The position numbers and the translations under genes are program-made. Shown piece by piece: positions 38,462-50,584 of a stretch of 64,000 nucleotides of DNA. The notes under the pieces are model-generated. The model was not told the DNA's origin and ran no database searches. It saw only the letters and a list, made by a program, of their open reading frames with translations. This stretch comes from Octopus sinensis (Eukaryota), in the NCBI RefSeq assembly GCF_006345805.1, contig NC_042997.1, forward strand, positions 145,266,001 through 145,330,000. The letters run 5' to 3'. How positions within the stretch are numbered: the stretch's first letter is position 1; each line of letters starts with the position of its first letter.

Positions 38462-38697
38462 ATACTTCTCTTTTACTTGTTTCAGTCATTTGACTGCGGC
38501 CATGCTGAAGCACCGTCTTTAGTCGAAGAGATTGACCCCAGGATTTATTCTTTGTAAGCCTAGTACTTTTGCCGAAGTTACATGGACGTAAACACTCACA
38601 AGGCTTTGGTCGGCCCGATGGTATAGTAGAAGACACTTGCCCAAAGTTCCACGCCGTGGTACTGAACCCGGAACCATGTGGTTGGGAAGCTAGCTTC
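38462..38697 (-). mobile_element. SINE family A (internally deleted)
   Basis: Tail and head present, middle missing. Confidence 0.85.
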
Positions 38698-38705
38698 TTT
38701 TATAT

Positions 38706-38932
38706 ATGGCGAGCTGGTAGAAACGTTAGCACACCGGGCGAAATGTTTAGCGGTATTTCGTCTGCCGTTATGTTCTGAGTTCAAATTCCGCCGAGGTCGA
38801 CTTTGCCTTTCATCCTTTCGGGGTCGATAAATTAAGAACCAGTTACGCACTGGGGTCGATACAATCGACTTAATCCGTTTGTCTGTCCTTGCTTGTCCCC
38901 TCTGTGTTTAGCCCCTTGTGGGTAGTAAAGAA

Positions 38933-38934
<2 letters not shown>
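38706..38934 (+). mobile_element. SINE family B (young, full length)
   Basis: tggcgagctggtagaaacgttagc...gagttcaaattccgccgag...gggtagtaaagaaata. Confidence 0.92.
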
Positions 38935-38965
<31 letters not shown>

Positions 38966-39358
38966 AAGACATCACAAAAACTGTTACTCAGAGTTTCACG
39001 TTCTCCCGATGAACGGGAACGTGAAACTGAGTAATAGTTTTTGCGTAGACTTTGCCATTTTTTTTAATAAAGCATATTAGTCTACCTCTGGTATTCGAGT
39101 ACTATTTTCCCACCTTGTTTCACATTTATCTGCTTACTCTGGTATCAACCTTTTCCTTGTAAAAGTTAATAAATATCTATTTTCCGAAAAAGTATTGAGT
39201 AATTCTTCAGAAGAATGTTAAATTGTTTATATATATACATACATATAACTTCAAATACAATTTATAAATGTGTATGTGTGTGTATATATATATATACATA
39301 TATAAATGTCTGCATGCATAGCATATATAGACACAGACACATACACTCACACACACAG

Positions 39359-39359
<1 letters not shown>

Positions 39360-39418
<59 letters not shown>

Positions 39419-39660
39419 GAGAAATATCTAGAAAAATGTTCAACATATACAAATACATGTGTACTTAGATGTACTTCAGCTAAAACTAGCTAACCATATT
39501 TGCATAGCCAGACAGATAGCCTTATACACACTACACACATACATACATACACTTGTGGGAATGTAGATACAGACACAACACACATGTAAGCATGTATGTA
39601 TGTATGTATGTATGTATGTATGTATGTATGTATGTATGTATGTATGTATGTATGTATATG
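39360..39660. repeat. (GA)n and (TATG)n microsatellites
   Basis: Direct reading. Confidence 0.95.
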
Positions 39661-39873
39661 TTATGTATATGTATCAAACATCCGTGTGTATGTATGCGTG
39701 TGGTAGAACGTATGTGATGTATAATTATACAACTCACAGTCATTTATTTATAAAAGCTATGTACAGACACTTATTTATGTCCAACACATGCATATTTCTA
39801 AGATATTTTACGAATACGAACACATGCCCAACCCTGCTTGGCAGCGCTTATCAGCGCAATTACCACACCATCC

Positions 39874-39881
39874 TATAAAAG
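39874..39881 (+). promoter_or_regulatory. Candidate TATA box
   Basis: TATAAAAG immediately upstream of a CpG/GC-rich segment. Confidence 0.25.
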
Positions 39882-39896
39882 CTCTGCCGCTATACC

Positions 39897-39928
<32 letters not shown>

Positions 39929-40509
39929 CAACAAGAACACCACCACTACGGCAGTCGCAGCCACAGCCTACGCCACCGCCTCCGTTCCTGTTTCCCCCAC
40001 CTCAGATTCTGCCACCGTCTCCACCATTCGCCTTCGCTTTTCGAAACCACTACCACCACCACCACCACCACCACTACCAGCACCACTACCAGCACGAGCA
40101 ACTACCAACCATCGCTTACATTCAGTAGTCGATGTTACCACTTAAGTTGCGTGTACTTTAAGTCTCGGTGCATTATACGTGAATATTGGTATCGCAGTAT
40201 CATCGACGTAGACGGCGACATGGTGTCGGCGGCAGCGGCAGTGGTGGCGGCGGGGGCTGCGGCGGCGGCGGCGGCGGCGTCGGCATGTTTGGCAGCATGG
40301 CTGTTCGCTTAATGCTAACTAACTGCTGTTGTTGCTGTTGCTGTTGCTGTTGCCACTGCATTACGCAGTTGCACCAGGAACAGTGGTTGATAGCTCTGTT
40401 GCAAGTAAACTAACGCAATAGCAGCCATCGACAGCTACCTTACATTTTGACGTGCCATAAGGGTTGCTTGGTGTATGGTGGAGCTATGATGTATCCTCGG
40501 GCTGTATTA

Positions 40510-40522
40510 ACGTGTACCACCA

Positions 40523-40562
<40 letters not shown>

Positions 40563-40682
40563 AACCACCACCACTACCAGCACCACCACCAGCACCACAA
40601 CCACCACCACTACCAGCACCAGCACCAGCACCACCACCACCACCACCACCACTACCAGCACCACACCAGCACCACCACCAGC

Positions 40683-40742
<60 letters not shown>

Positions 40743-42925
40743 GCTGCTGCTGTTGCTGCTGCTGCTACTGCTGCTGCTGCTGCTGCTACTACTACTACTA
40801 CTACTACTATTACTACTACTACTACTACCACCACTACCACCACCATCAACACCACCGTCGTTACTATTACATCACCATTTCCACCGCCACTATCGTTACC
40901 CCACCACCACCACCACCACCACCGTTACCACTACCATTATCTCCACTACATCCTCACCACGACGACCACTACAACCACCACCACCACCACCACCACCACC
41001 ACCACCGTTACCATCATCACCATCACCACCACCACTACTACCACCACCAACACAACCACCACCATCACCACCACCACTACTGTAAACAATAGCAATGAAA
41101 CAGCGCCACTAGCAACGTCGCCATCATCACCACCATGAACATCACCATCAACATCACCGCAACCACCACCTCCACCATCACCACTTACTACGTCACCACT
41201 TCCACTACCACCAATACTATCTTCACCAGCACCTCTACTACCACACAATACCATCTCCACAACTACCACTACTACCAACAACAGCAATGAAACACCACCA
41301 CCACCACCACCACCACCACCACTACCATCACCATCACTACCACCGCCATCGCTACCACCGTTAGCAGCAACGGCGTCACCACAATCACCGCTACCATCCC
41401 CACCACCACCACTACCACCATCATTATAATTATCAATACAATAACTTGTACCACCAGCACCACCACTACCACCACTGCCATAACTACCAGTACCATACTA
41501 CCGTCACCACAACCGCCATCACTACAACACCGCCATTTCACCAGTGCCATCACAACACCGCCGGCAACACCACTACAAACACCACCACCAACAACAACAA
41601 CAACAAGAACACCACCATTCCCACCTCCAATATCAACACCACCACCACCATCACCTGTACGACAATCACCATTATGAACATCACCACCAGCACCACCGCA
41701 CCAACTATCGCAACGGCCACATCAACTACTACTACTACTACTACTAGTACTACTACTACTACTACTAGTACTACTACTACTACTACTACTACTACCTATA
41801 CAACAGCCATCGATACCACTAGCAAGCCACTATCACCAACACCACAGCTATCACCAAGAAGGGAGAAAGCCAACGGAGGAGTCTCTACGTGGTCTCTAAG
41901 TCTGCTAGAAATAGTTGCCAAATTTCCCTCAAACACATGTCTTAATACAGGATAAGTTTGGAGAATGTGACCGGGGGGGGGGTCCTGCCAGTAGAGAAAA
42001 GGACGGAATGGTTACGGCCGGAAAGGCCTTTGATCTTAGCTCCCCTAGATCAGGGCTGGCTTAGGTTAGACAACAGCAACGACTACGTTACCATCGCCAA
42101 AAACGTTCCCCGAGACGCCACCATCATCAATGCAAGCACCGGAACCACTACCACCAACACCAGCATCACCATCGCCCTTACCATCACGTCATCACCATCG
42201 CTACCACCATCACAACCACCAACAACAGCAACACCACTACCACCACCACCACAGTCACCCCTACCATCACAATCATTGCAACCAGAAATAACGCTAACCA
42301 ACACCACAACCACTACCACCAACACCAACACCAGCATCACCATCGCCGTTACCACTGCAACATCACAACAACCAACACCACAACGTCCGCCATCAACACC
42401 TCCAGTACCACAACCACCAACACCTCCACTACCACCATCACCAACACCTCCACCTCCACTACCACCGCCATCAACACCTCTACTACCACCACTACCACCA
42501 CCACCTCCACTACCACCGCCATCAACACCTTCACTACTACCGCCACTACATCCACCACCTATAACATAACCCCCGTAACCAATACCTCCACTACTACCGC
42601 CACTACATCAACCACCAATACATCCACTACCACCGCCAATAACACCGCCACTACAGCCGCCAATACCACAACCCTCGCCACCAATACCTCCACTATCACC
42701 GCCACTAATACCTCCACTACTTCCGCCAATACTACAACCCACGTCACCAATACCGCCACTACATCCACCACCAATACCTCCACTACCACCACAACAATAA
42801 AATTGAATAGAACTAACATCCCGACGACGACGATCACCACTACCACCACCGCCGTCGAAGCCGCCGTCACCACTACTACCACCACCACCACCACCACCAC
42901 CACCTCTATAACAACAACAACTCTT
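40510..42925. repeat. ~2.4-kb degenerate trinucleotide tract (ACC/ACT/GCC/GCT/CAA)
   Basis: Direct reading; frames switch among poly-T, poly-H and poly-P. Confidence 0.95.
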
Positions 42926-44083
42926 TGTAGATGCAGCAATGATGAGATTGTTTGTGACGTAAGAACTAAAGTGAGAAAAGTAATATCTGAAATGTAATAA
43001 TAGATATAGAATTTATATGCGATAAATTGATTAAAAGTAGGGTTTGTGTTTTAAGAAACGTTTGTGGGTAAATCATTTGGTGTTCGACAAAAGGTCTATT
43101 ACTACTGAGTTATGGCCCTTTAACATGTTACTCGTATTGAGCCTATTGTTCCTGTAGGATGTGGGGATTATTGTTGTTGTTGCTGTTATTTTTTAATTCT
43201 GGGCAAACGGGACAGAGCTATGATAAATATTATTCCAGCTATAACTATGTCGTACTTCTAGAAGACTATCTACGATTTGACTATCTACTGAGTCATTCCT
43301 GTATTCAGACAGCAGAGATATTTGACTGCTATTTTTAGCATATTAAAGATTATGTGGTTGAATCCCTCGTTAGCTCAACGGGTAATCAATCTTTGCATTG
43401 GGATACCGAAATGTTAGTTGTTGCTGTCGTTGTTCTTTAGTCCCACATCAACTTCTATTCTGTCCTTTTAAAGAAAATAGAAAATCATTAAAGAAAAATA
43501 GCTGGTAGATGAAAGGAAATCAGGTAAAAAAAACAACAACTTATTTTTAAAAAGGCATCAAAACAGTTTAAACACTCCTAATCTAGCTAATGTCAACTTT
43601 CCCTTCATCTTTCTTGAGGTTAGTTACCTATAATATTTTAATTTTAGTTGTTTTTTTTTATTATTGGTCTTTTACAGCAAGATTAGAACAACTCGACGTT
43701 TCCAGATCTTCACACTCTCATTTTCTAGAAATGAATATATATATTTTATTTCATATACTAAATGAATTCATATAAACTTTTAAACGTTTTAAACGTTTTA
43801 ACATTTAGTCTCATAGCTAACACTTAGCAGCCATGTGTTCATATATTCGTTGCGTCCAAATTTTTGACCGTTCGGTTTTTATGTCGGTTGTCAAGTGTTA
43901 AGCTTTTGAAGTGGGTGTCGTCTGCGTGTTCATTTTGTTATGTAAACTAAAATAAACTTAGATGTGTTTCGGCCAAAATTAGCCCAGAGCATGTCTAAAT
44001 TAATAGCACCACTTAATAGATTCTGTTAAGTCATGTTTAAGTCAAGTTTTATATCATCACTGCCCATTCAAGTAAGGAGATTT

Positions 44084-44498
44084 GGATCTTTTCGGTTTGA
44101 ACGGCAGTTTTTAAAAATAATTTCCACGTAACTAAACACTTTTAAACTTCGTATACTGGTAGAATGTGTTTATAAAACATCTTTTTCTCTTGGCTTTATT
44201 GAGAAAATTCTATAGTTTGTAAGATATTTGTTGTTTTTTTTTCTTCAATTTCTGCAATTTCAACCAATCAGTGACGTCTATTGACATTATATGCCGTATG
44301 AATATCCCTCGTTTAAGAAACAGATTGGGTTTATTTACATTTGTGAAGAAAAAAAGATACCCTTCCCCACCATCCCTAATCCTAACCCTAACCGAAAAAC
44401 AGATTGAAATGCAATAGATCGATACTAGGGTCATAATTATGGGTTACAATTTCATATGACACCGCTAGAAAAAACTGCCGTTCAAACCGAAAAGATCC
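44084..44498. mobile_element. MITE with 29-bp TIRs and 8-bp TSD, Merlin-like
   Basis: GGATCTTTTCGGTTTGAACGGCAGTTTTT ... AAAAACTGCCGTTCAAACCGAAAAGATCC; GGAGATTT on both flanks (44076-44083, 44499-44506); partial copy near 8057-8105. Confidence 0.85.
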
Positions 44499-44891
44499 GG
44501 AGATTTTGTTGACTGAGATATATCCTGGTGTAAGTATTTTGTCTGATATATCTCGTGGAAATTTGTCCCTATATTGTTTGAAGTTGGTGGAATCTTTTTC
44601 TTCTTTGATTTGTATTGGCATAATATTAACTAAAGCAGGGCCGGCTCAGGAAAAGTAAGCATATTAGTGTGCGTTACGCGTCCTGGACTCCATTTGTGTT
44701 GAGGGGGGCACACGACACGAGGTTCTAGCATTAATAAGATTGCAAATTTGATGTTTTAAGCCGTTTGAGTAATGCCAGTAGCATATTCTTCTCATTGTGC
44801 AAAAGATAAAGTGCTCATGTTGGCGTTGGAGAGCATAGAGCTTTAAGGCAGTCACAAGAGATCCAGCATCACACACACACACACACATACG

Positions 44892-44928
<37 letters not shown>

Positions 44929-45046
44929 TCGCACCACGCACACGCAAGCACACACGTATATATATGTATACATATGTATATATTATATTACATTATATGT
45001 TATATATTACTATATTATAATTTATATGTGTGTGTGTGTCTGTGTC

Positions 45047-45191
45047 TGTGTGTGATAAGTAGCTTGCTTACCAACCACATGTTTCTGGGTTCAGTCCTTG
45101 CGCAAATGTCTTCTCCTACAGCCCCGGGCCGACCAAAACCTCGTGAGTGGATTTGGTAGACGGAAACTGAAAGAAGCCCGTCGTATAGATG

Positions 45192-45246
<55 letters not shown>

Positions 45247-45456
45247 TTGTGTGTCTGTATTTGTTCCCCCAACACAGCTTGACAACCGATGCTGGTGTGT
45301 TTACGCCCCTGTAACTTAGCGGTTTGGCTAAAGAAACCGATAAAATAAGTACAAGGCTTACAGAGAATAAGTCCTGTGGTCGATTTGCTCGACTAAAGGC
45401 GGTGTACTCCAGCATGGCCACAGTCAAATCACTGAAACAAGTAAAAGAGTAAAAGA

Positions 45457-45457
<1 letters not shown>
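45047..45457 (+). mobile_element. SINE family A
   Basis: Near full-length copy. Confidence 0.9.
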
Positions 45458-45528
<71 letters not shown>

Positions 45529-45539
45529 GTTTGTATATA

Positions 45540-45925
45540 GGAGCAGGCATGGGTGTGTTGGTTAAGATCCATGAGGTTTAAGTTTCAATCCCACTGCGCA
45601 GCACCTTGGGCAAGTATCTTCACTATACGCCGGGTCGATCAATTACTTGTGAGTAAATTCGCTGCACGGAAGCTGTATTAAACCCCCTCATGTATGTGTC
45701 TGTGTGTGCTTGTGTTTGTGTTTACTCTTCCTGCTTGACAACCGGTGTTGGTTTGATTATGTCTCCGTAAGCTAGCAGTTCGGCTAAAGAGGCTCTTGGA
45801 AGAAATACCAGACTTATCAAAAAAGAAAAAAGTACTGGGGTCGAATCGTTCGACTAAAACCCAACCCTTGAAAGCGGTGACCCAGCATGGTCGTAGCCCA
45901 AAGACTAAAACAAGGAACAGATAAG
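45540..45925 (+). mobile_element. SINE family A (older variant)
   Basis: gagcaggcatgggtgtgttggttaag head; aagcggtgacccagcatgg tail. Confidence 0.8.
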
Positions 45926-46924
45926 CGATAGATTTTAGAATTAATATTTGAAATGGATGGAAGATTTATTATATCTTTAAACGAATCGCTTCTTGAGCTT
46001 GTTAATTCTAATCATGTCTTCAACTATTGATGTTCTACAAAGCATGATGCAGCTCTGAACATCTACAAATACGTTTTGCAGCTGATTTTCAGTTATAATC
46101 TAAAACGCATTAATTAGCCTTGCCCGCCGCAAGTCATCTATAGAACAGCATTTTAATTGAATAAACAGTAGCCATTACATGACACCCTGTAATAAAACTG
46201 ATGCGATTATTAATTTTTTAAAATTACTAAACAATTATAAATATATTCTACTTTTTCTTATTGGCGACGCTAAAACAGCTGCATTAGGCTTCTAAGCATT
46301 TCGTTAACGATTAATTCTATAATTTATAGAACAAATATTATAAAAAATTATATTCTAAATTGCTTATGAACTTTTATGACGACACCATGTATATCACGAA
46401 TATTATACTACTTTCTATTCAATAAATGATATAAACATTAAACAGTAAAAATGTATGTATGAAGCATATATATGTGTTTGTATGTATGTATGTACAAATA
46501 CATACATACATACGAAGTTCAGCCGTGTTTCGTGGTCTGCTACCACAACAGCTCCTATATAGGATCCATTCCGCCCCTACTCCTCTACCGTTTTGACGTG
46601 GCGGCGACCCCCTTTCGGAGGTGTCTTCAGCTCTGGTGTTGGGTGCATGTCTTCTTTCTTCTGTTTCCTGGCCTCTTCGATGTAGCGTCAACTGCGGGCG
46701 ACTGACTGACTTGTCAACTTTTTTCCCTTTAAATACCTGTTGCTAGGCTCAACTTTAACTGACCAACGAAGGCGCGTAGTCTTACATACACGCAGACATA
46801 TATAAAACTATATAAGAATCAAGTAAAAAATAATGGTCATTACATATTTTTCCTTTATTGGTGCAAATTTGGGTTACAGCTGTTTCCAGTAACCATTAGA
46901 GGTACATAACTGATAGGTTTGTGG

Positions 46925-47166
46925 GGGCGCATGCCTTAGTGGTTAGGGTGTTGAACTCATGATCGTAAGGTTGTGGTTTCGATTCCTGGACCGGGCGGTG
47001 CGTTGTGTTCTTGAGCAAAACACTTCATTTCACGTTGCTCCAGTCCACTGAGCTGGCAAAAATGAGTAATCCTGCGACGGACCGACGTCCCGTCCAGGTG
47101 GGGAATTTCTACGCCACCGAAACCGGGAAACCGGCCCTTATGAGCCTGGCATCGCTCGAGAAGGAA
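46925..47166 (+). mobile_element. tRNA-derived SINE, family F
   Basis: A box TAGTGGTTAG, B box GGTTTCGATTCC. Confidence 0.85.
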
Positions 47167-47444
47167 CTGATAGGTTTACTCAATTGGTCAATTGATCAAC
47201 TAAGGAAAATTGAACGACTTAAGAAAATTTAATGCTACTTTCATCAGAGGCATATATATATATATACCTACATACACGACCTTGTGTGTGAGTATATGAA
47301 AGAATATGTATATATACGGGGAAAGAAATTATCCCGTAATTTATTTTTATAATTGTTTCAAAAAAGACTATACAAACAAAAAGGTAATAAGGTAACTTTA
47401 TATAGAAGCTGATTTGGGAGTAGTATGGAGCCAGACATCTTCTT

Positions 47445-47582
47445 TTCTACTCTAGGCACAAAGCCCGAAATTTTGGAGAGGGGGCCAGTCGATTAGATCG
47501 ACCCCAGTACGCAACTGCTACTTAATTTATCGACCCCGAAAGGATGGAAGGCAAAGTCGACCCCCGCGGAATTTGAACTCAG
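47445..47582 (-). mobile_element. Truncated family B SINE
   Basis: aaggatggaaggcaaagtcgacccccgcggaatttgaactc. Confidence 0.8.
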
Positions 47583-48008
47583 GACATTCCACCAGGGTTT
47601 GCTGGACGTCCTCGTCGAACTCTACAGATATTCCAGGACGGGGCTCGTCTTCTAGGCTGTAGTTTCCAGTTTTGAATATCTGGAACCACCGCTGACACTG
47701 GCTTATGCTTATTGTCTGATCCCCATATACTGCATTAATATTCCTCGCACTTTCCATTGCGTTGTTGACATTTTTAACTCATAAAGCAAAATATGCTGAA
47801 TATACTCCTTTGTCACGTCCATTATAGCTTTGAAAAAATAACTGTTAAAATCGAACTGCACTCATTAAAACTAGCACAAGGAATAAGTACAAGGTAAAAT
47901 TACTACCTGTTTTTATAGCAAGTTGATGCAAGTAGTTTATCCCGTCCTCCTCTGACTTTTAGTTCGTGCAATCGTAAAAAAATCACATTTTTTACAGTCT
48001 GACCCAAT
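47581..48008 (-). mobile_element. mariner 5' fragment (HTH domain plus left TIR)
   Basis: ESARNINAVYGDQTISISQCQRWFQIFKTGNYSLEDEPRPG (Mos1/Hsmar-like HTH); TTGGGTC-type end near 48008. Confidence 0.85.
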
Positions 48009-48217
48009 GCATCAAATAATCAGATACCAATAAATTCAAGGTAATGCGTGTGGGGGTGTATGTATGCGCGCGTACATGCAAAAGCTGATGGGCCTATCAT
48101 TTTAAGAATTTGCCCATATTTGCATCTTTGTGTCTTTGCACTTGACAGTTTGTCATTGTCAAGCTCATCTTTTCAAATATCATTAGCAATTTGTAGAAGC
48201 CATCTGTATTTCACGTA

Positions 48218-49096
48218 TACAAGGTATGATCAATAACTCTCCGGATTTCTGCCATAGTAACGAAGCTAAAACACGCAGAGTAAAGCCGCTTGCACAGATT
48301 GAACTTGAACTTTACTGTGCATGCGCACTAAGTTTTAACGTTCCACCTCACTTCCGCTGTTTACAGCAGTGCTTCGAAGAAAGATGTGAAGCGTGTGATC
48401 GTCGCATTGATTATGACAGAGAAAGTTGTCATGGTGATACCTGCTCAGAGGTATATGCAATGTTGCAGAAAGTGCATATGAGCCGCACACAAGTGTAGGA
48501 ATGGTTCAGACGTTTCCAAGATGGACGAAAAAATGTCGATATTGACAAACGTTCTGGGAGACCAGCAGAACTGAGAAAAACATTGCAGATGTTCGTGCAG
48601 CTGTGAGGGGAAATCGTCGAATCACCATCCGTGAGGTATCAGAAGATGTGCAGATTAGTTACGGTTCAGTTTAGTCCATTACCACTGAAGACTTGGGTAT
48701 GAGATATGTGTCTGCTAAGTTTGTGCCAAAACTGCTTTCAGCTGACCAAAAGAATACTCGGGTTTTAGTTGCACAAGATCTCCTTGATTGTGTTGAAAAC
48801 GATGAAAACTTTTTTAAAACTTTGCGTAGGCCTCTGAGCAGGTATCGCCAAGCTTTTGGCAAAATTTGATGCAGAGTCTCTGCTAAACTTTCTCTGTCAT
48901 GGTCAATGCGACGATCACACGCTACACACCTTCTTTCCAAACACTGCTATAAACATAGAAAATGAATTAGAATGTTAAAACTTAGTGCGCAGGCAGAGCA
49001 GAATTCAAGGTCTATCTGTGCCAAGCGGCTTCACTCTGTGTGCTTTAACTTCGTGACTATAGCAACAGTCCAGATACTTATTGCTCAGACTATGTA
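48218..49096 (+). mobile_element. Non-autonomous mariner derivative with ~215-bp inverted ends
   Basis: EWFRRFQDGR..SGRP, RRITIREVSE, VSAKFVPKLL; 48218-48430 is the degenerate reverse complement of 48880-49096; TA at both ends. Confidence 0.85.
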
Positions 49097-49195
49097 CTTT
49101 ACTATGTTCGTGTAACTGGGTTGTCCAAACAACAAATGGGTGTTTTATACTGAATTAAAACTTTTCTTTTTTATATGGCGGTACAACAGATACAA

Positions 49196-49596
49196 CTTTC
49201 CTCGATAGCATAAGACCATATAGGTTTTCAACATACAGGATACGCCATTATAATTTTTTTTAGCAAATTTTTTATCAGAACTAGAGAATAAAAGAATTAC
49301 ATGCTTATTGCTATTATTGTAGCATGTAATTCTTTATCACTGCAAGCATTACATAAATTTGAAATAAACCGCTTTCCTCGGTAGCATAAGACCATATCGG
49401 TTTTCAACATAATCAGTATACTCCATTATAATTTTTTTAAACAATTTTTTCTTCAGAGCAAGAGAATAAAAGAATTACATGCTTATTGCTATTATTGTAG
49501 CATGTAATTCCTTTATTCTCTAGTTCTGATGAAAAATTTGCGACAAAAAAAAAAAAAAGAAAAAAGATTATAATGGAGTATCCTGTATGTGTGAAA
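49196..49596. repeat. Direct plus inverted ~140-bp repeat with internal hairpins
   Basis: Units at 49196 and 49372 (period 176); aagaattacatgct/agcatgtaattctt stem; inverted arm 49498-49596. Confidence 0.8.
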
Positions 49597-49699
49597 GTAA
49601 AGCCTTACGGCAGGAATACAAGATTTCACGGGCACAGGGAGGAATACAAATGTTACACGGATGACGGCCGAACCAAGAAAGAAAGGTCATATATATATT

Positions 49700-50062
49700 T
49701 CTATATTGCCCACAAGGGGTTAAACATAGAGGGAACAAACAATGATAGGCAAAGGGATTATTTATCGACCCCGAAAGGATGAACGGCAAAGTCAACCTCG
49801 GCGGAATTTGAACTCAGAACGTAACGACAGATGAAATACCTATTTCTTTACTGCCAACAGGGGGCTACACACAGAGGGGACAAACAAGGACAGACAAACG
49901 GATTAAGTCGATTACATCGACCCCAGCGCGTAATTTATCGATACCCTAAAGGATGAAAGGCAAAGTCGACCTCGGCGGAATTTGAACTCAGAACGCAGCG
50001 GCAGACGAAATACGGCTACGCATTTCGCCCGGCGTGCTAACGTTTCTGCCAGCTCGCCGCCA
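49700..50062 (-). mobile_element. Two tandem family B SINEs
   Basis: Partial copy 49700-49845 and full copy 49845-50062. Confidence 0.9.
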
Positions 50063-50199
50063 TCATGAAAGGTCATATACAAACAGCTTAACACGTCCAG
50101 CTTGTCAGATGCTACAAGCGTCTGATACGATGAACGTTTAATATGCGCTCACGACAATTTAAGTTATGCAGAGTTATGTTAAACGTGTATGTTGACAAT

Positions 50200-50432
50200 T
50201 GACAAGTCCCTTGGGTGTCGTTGGGGTGCTGCGGCCATGCGTAATATCTAGGGTGAGAAAGCCTGGTGGAGCCCATCCCTCTCCAGGCTAAACTTATTTC
50301 TACAGGTAAATGGACTGGAGCGACGTCAAGTGTTTTCCTCAAGAACACAACGGATTGCCTGGTCCATGAATCGAAACCACAGTCTTACGCTCGTGAGTCC
50401 AACACCCTAAACACTAAGCCACGCACTTCCAC
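50200..50432 (-). mobile_element. SINE family F
   Basis: Minus strand gtggaagtgcgtggcttagtgtttagggtgttggac...ggtttcgattc. Confidence 0.75.
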
Positions 50433-50529
50433 AAACATATATATAAATCTCTCCAGATGTGTTGCGTATAACTTTCTTTCGTTTGTTCACTCACTCGTAT
50501 ATATGTGTGTGTGTGTGTGTGTGTAAGAC

Positions 50530-50584
<55 letters not shown>

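Noticed and set aside
40156-40176. Kinase catalytic-loop-like IMHRDLK on the minus strand
   Set aside because: Followed by YTQLKW* with no PxN motif, only a weak donor, and no other kinase subdomains; a 5-7 residue match can arise by chance in 64 kb
40447-42939. Long Thr/Pro/His-rich ORFs (mucin-like)
   Set aside because: Triplet repeats lack stops in several frames on both strands; frames switch freely; no non-repeat domain
46925-47000. tRNA genes at SINE heads
   Set aside because: A and B boxes are present but there is no cloverleaf with an acceptor stem, and each continues into a SINE body
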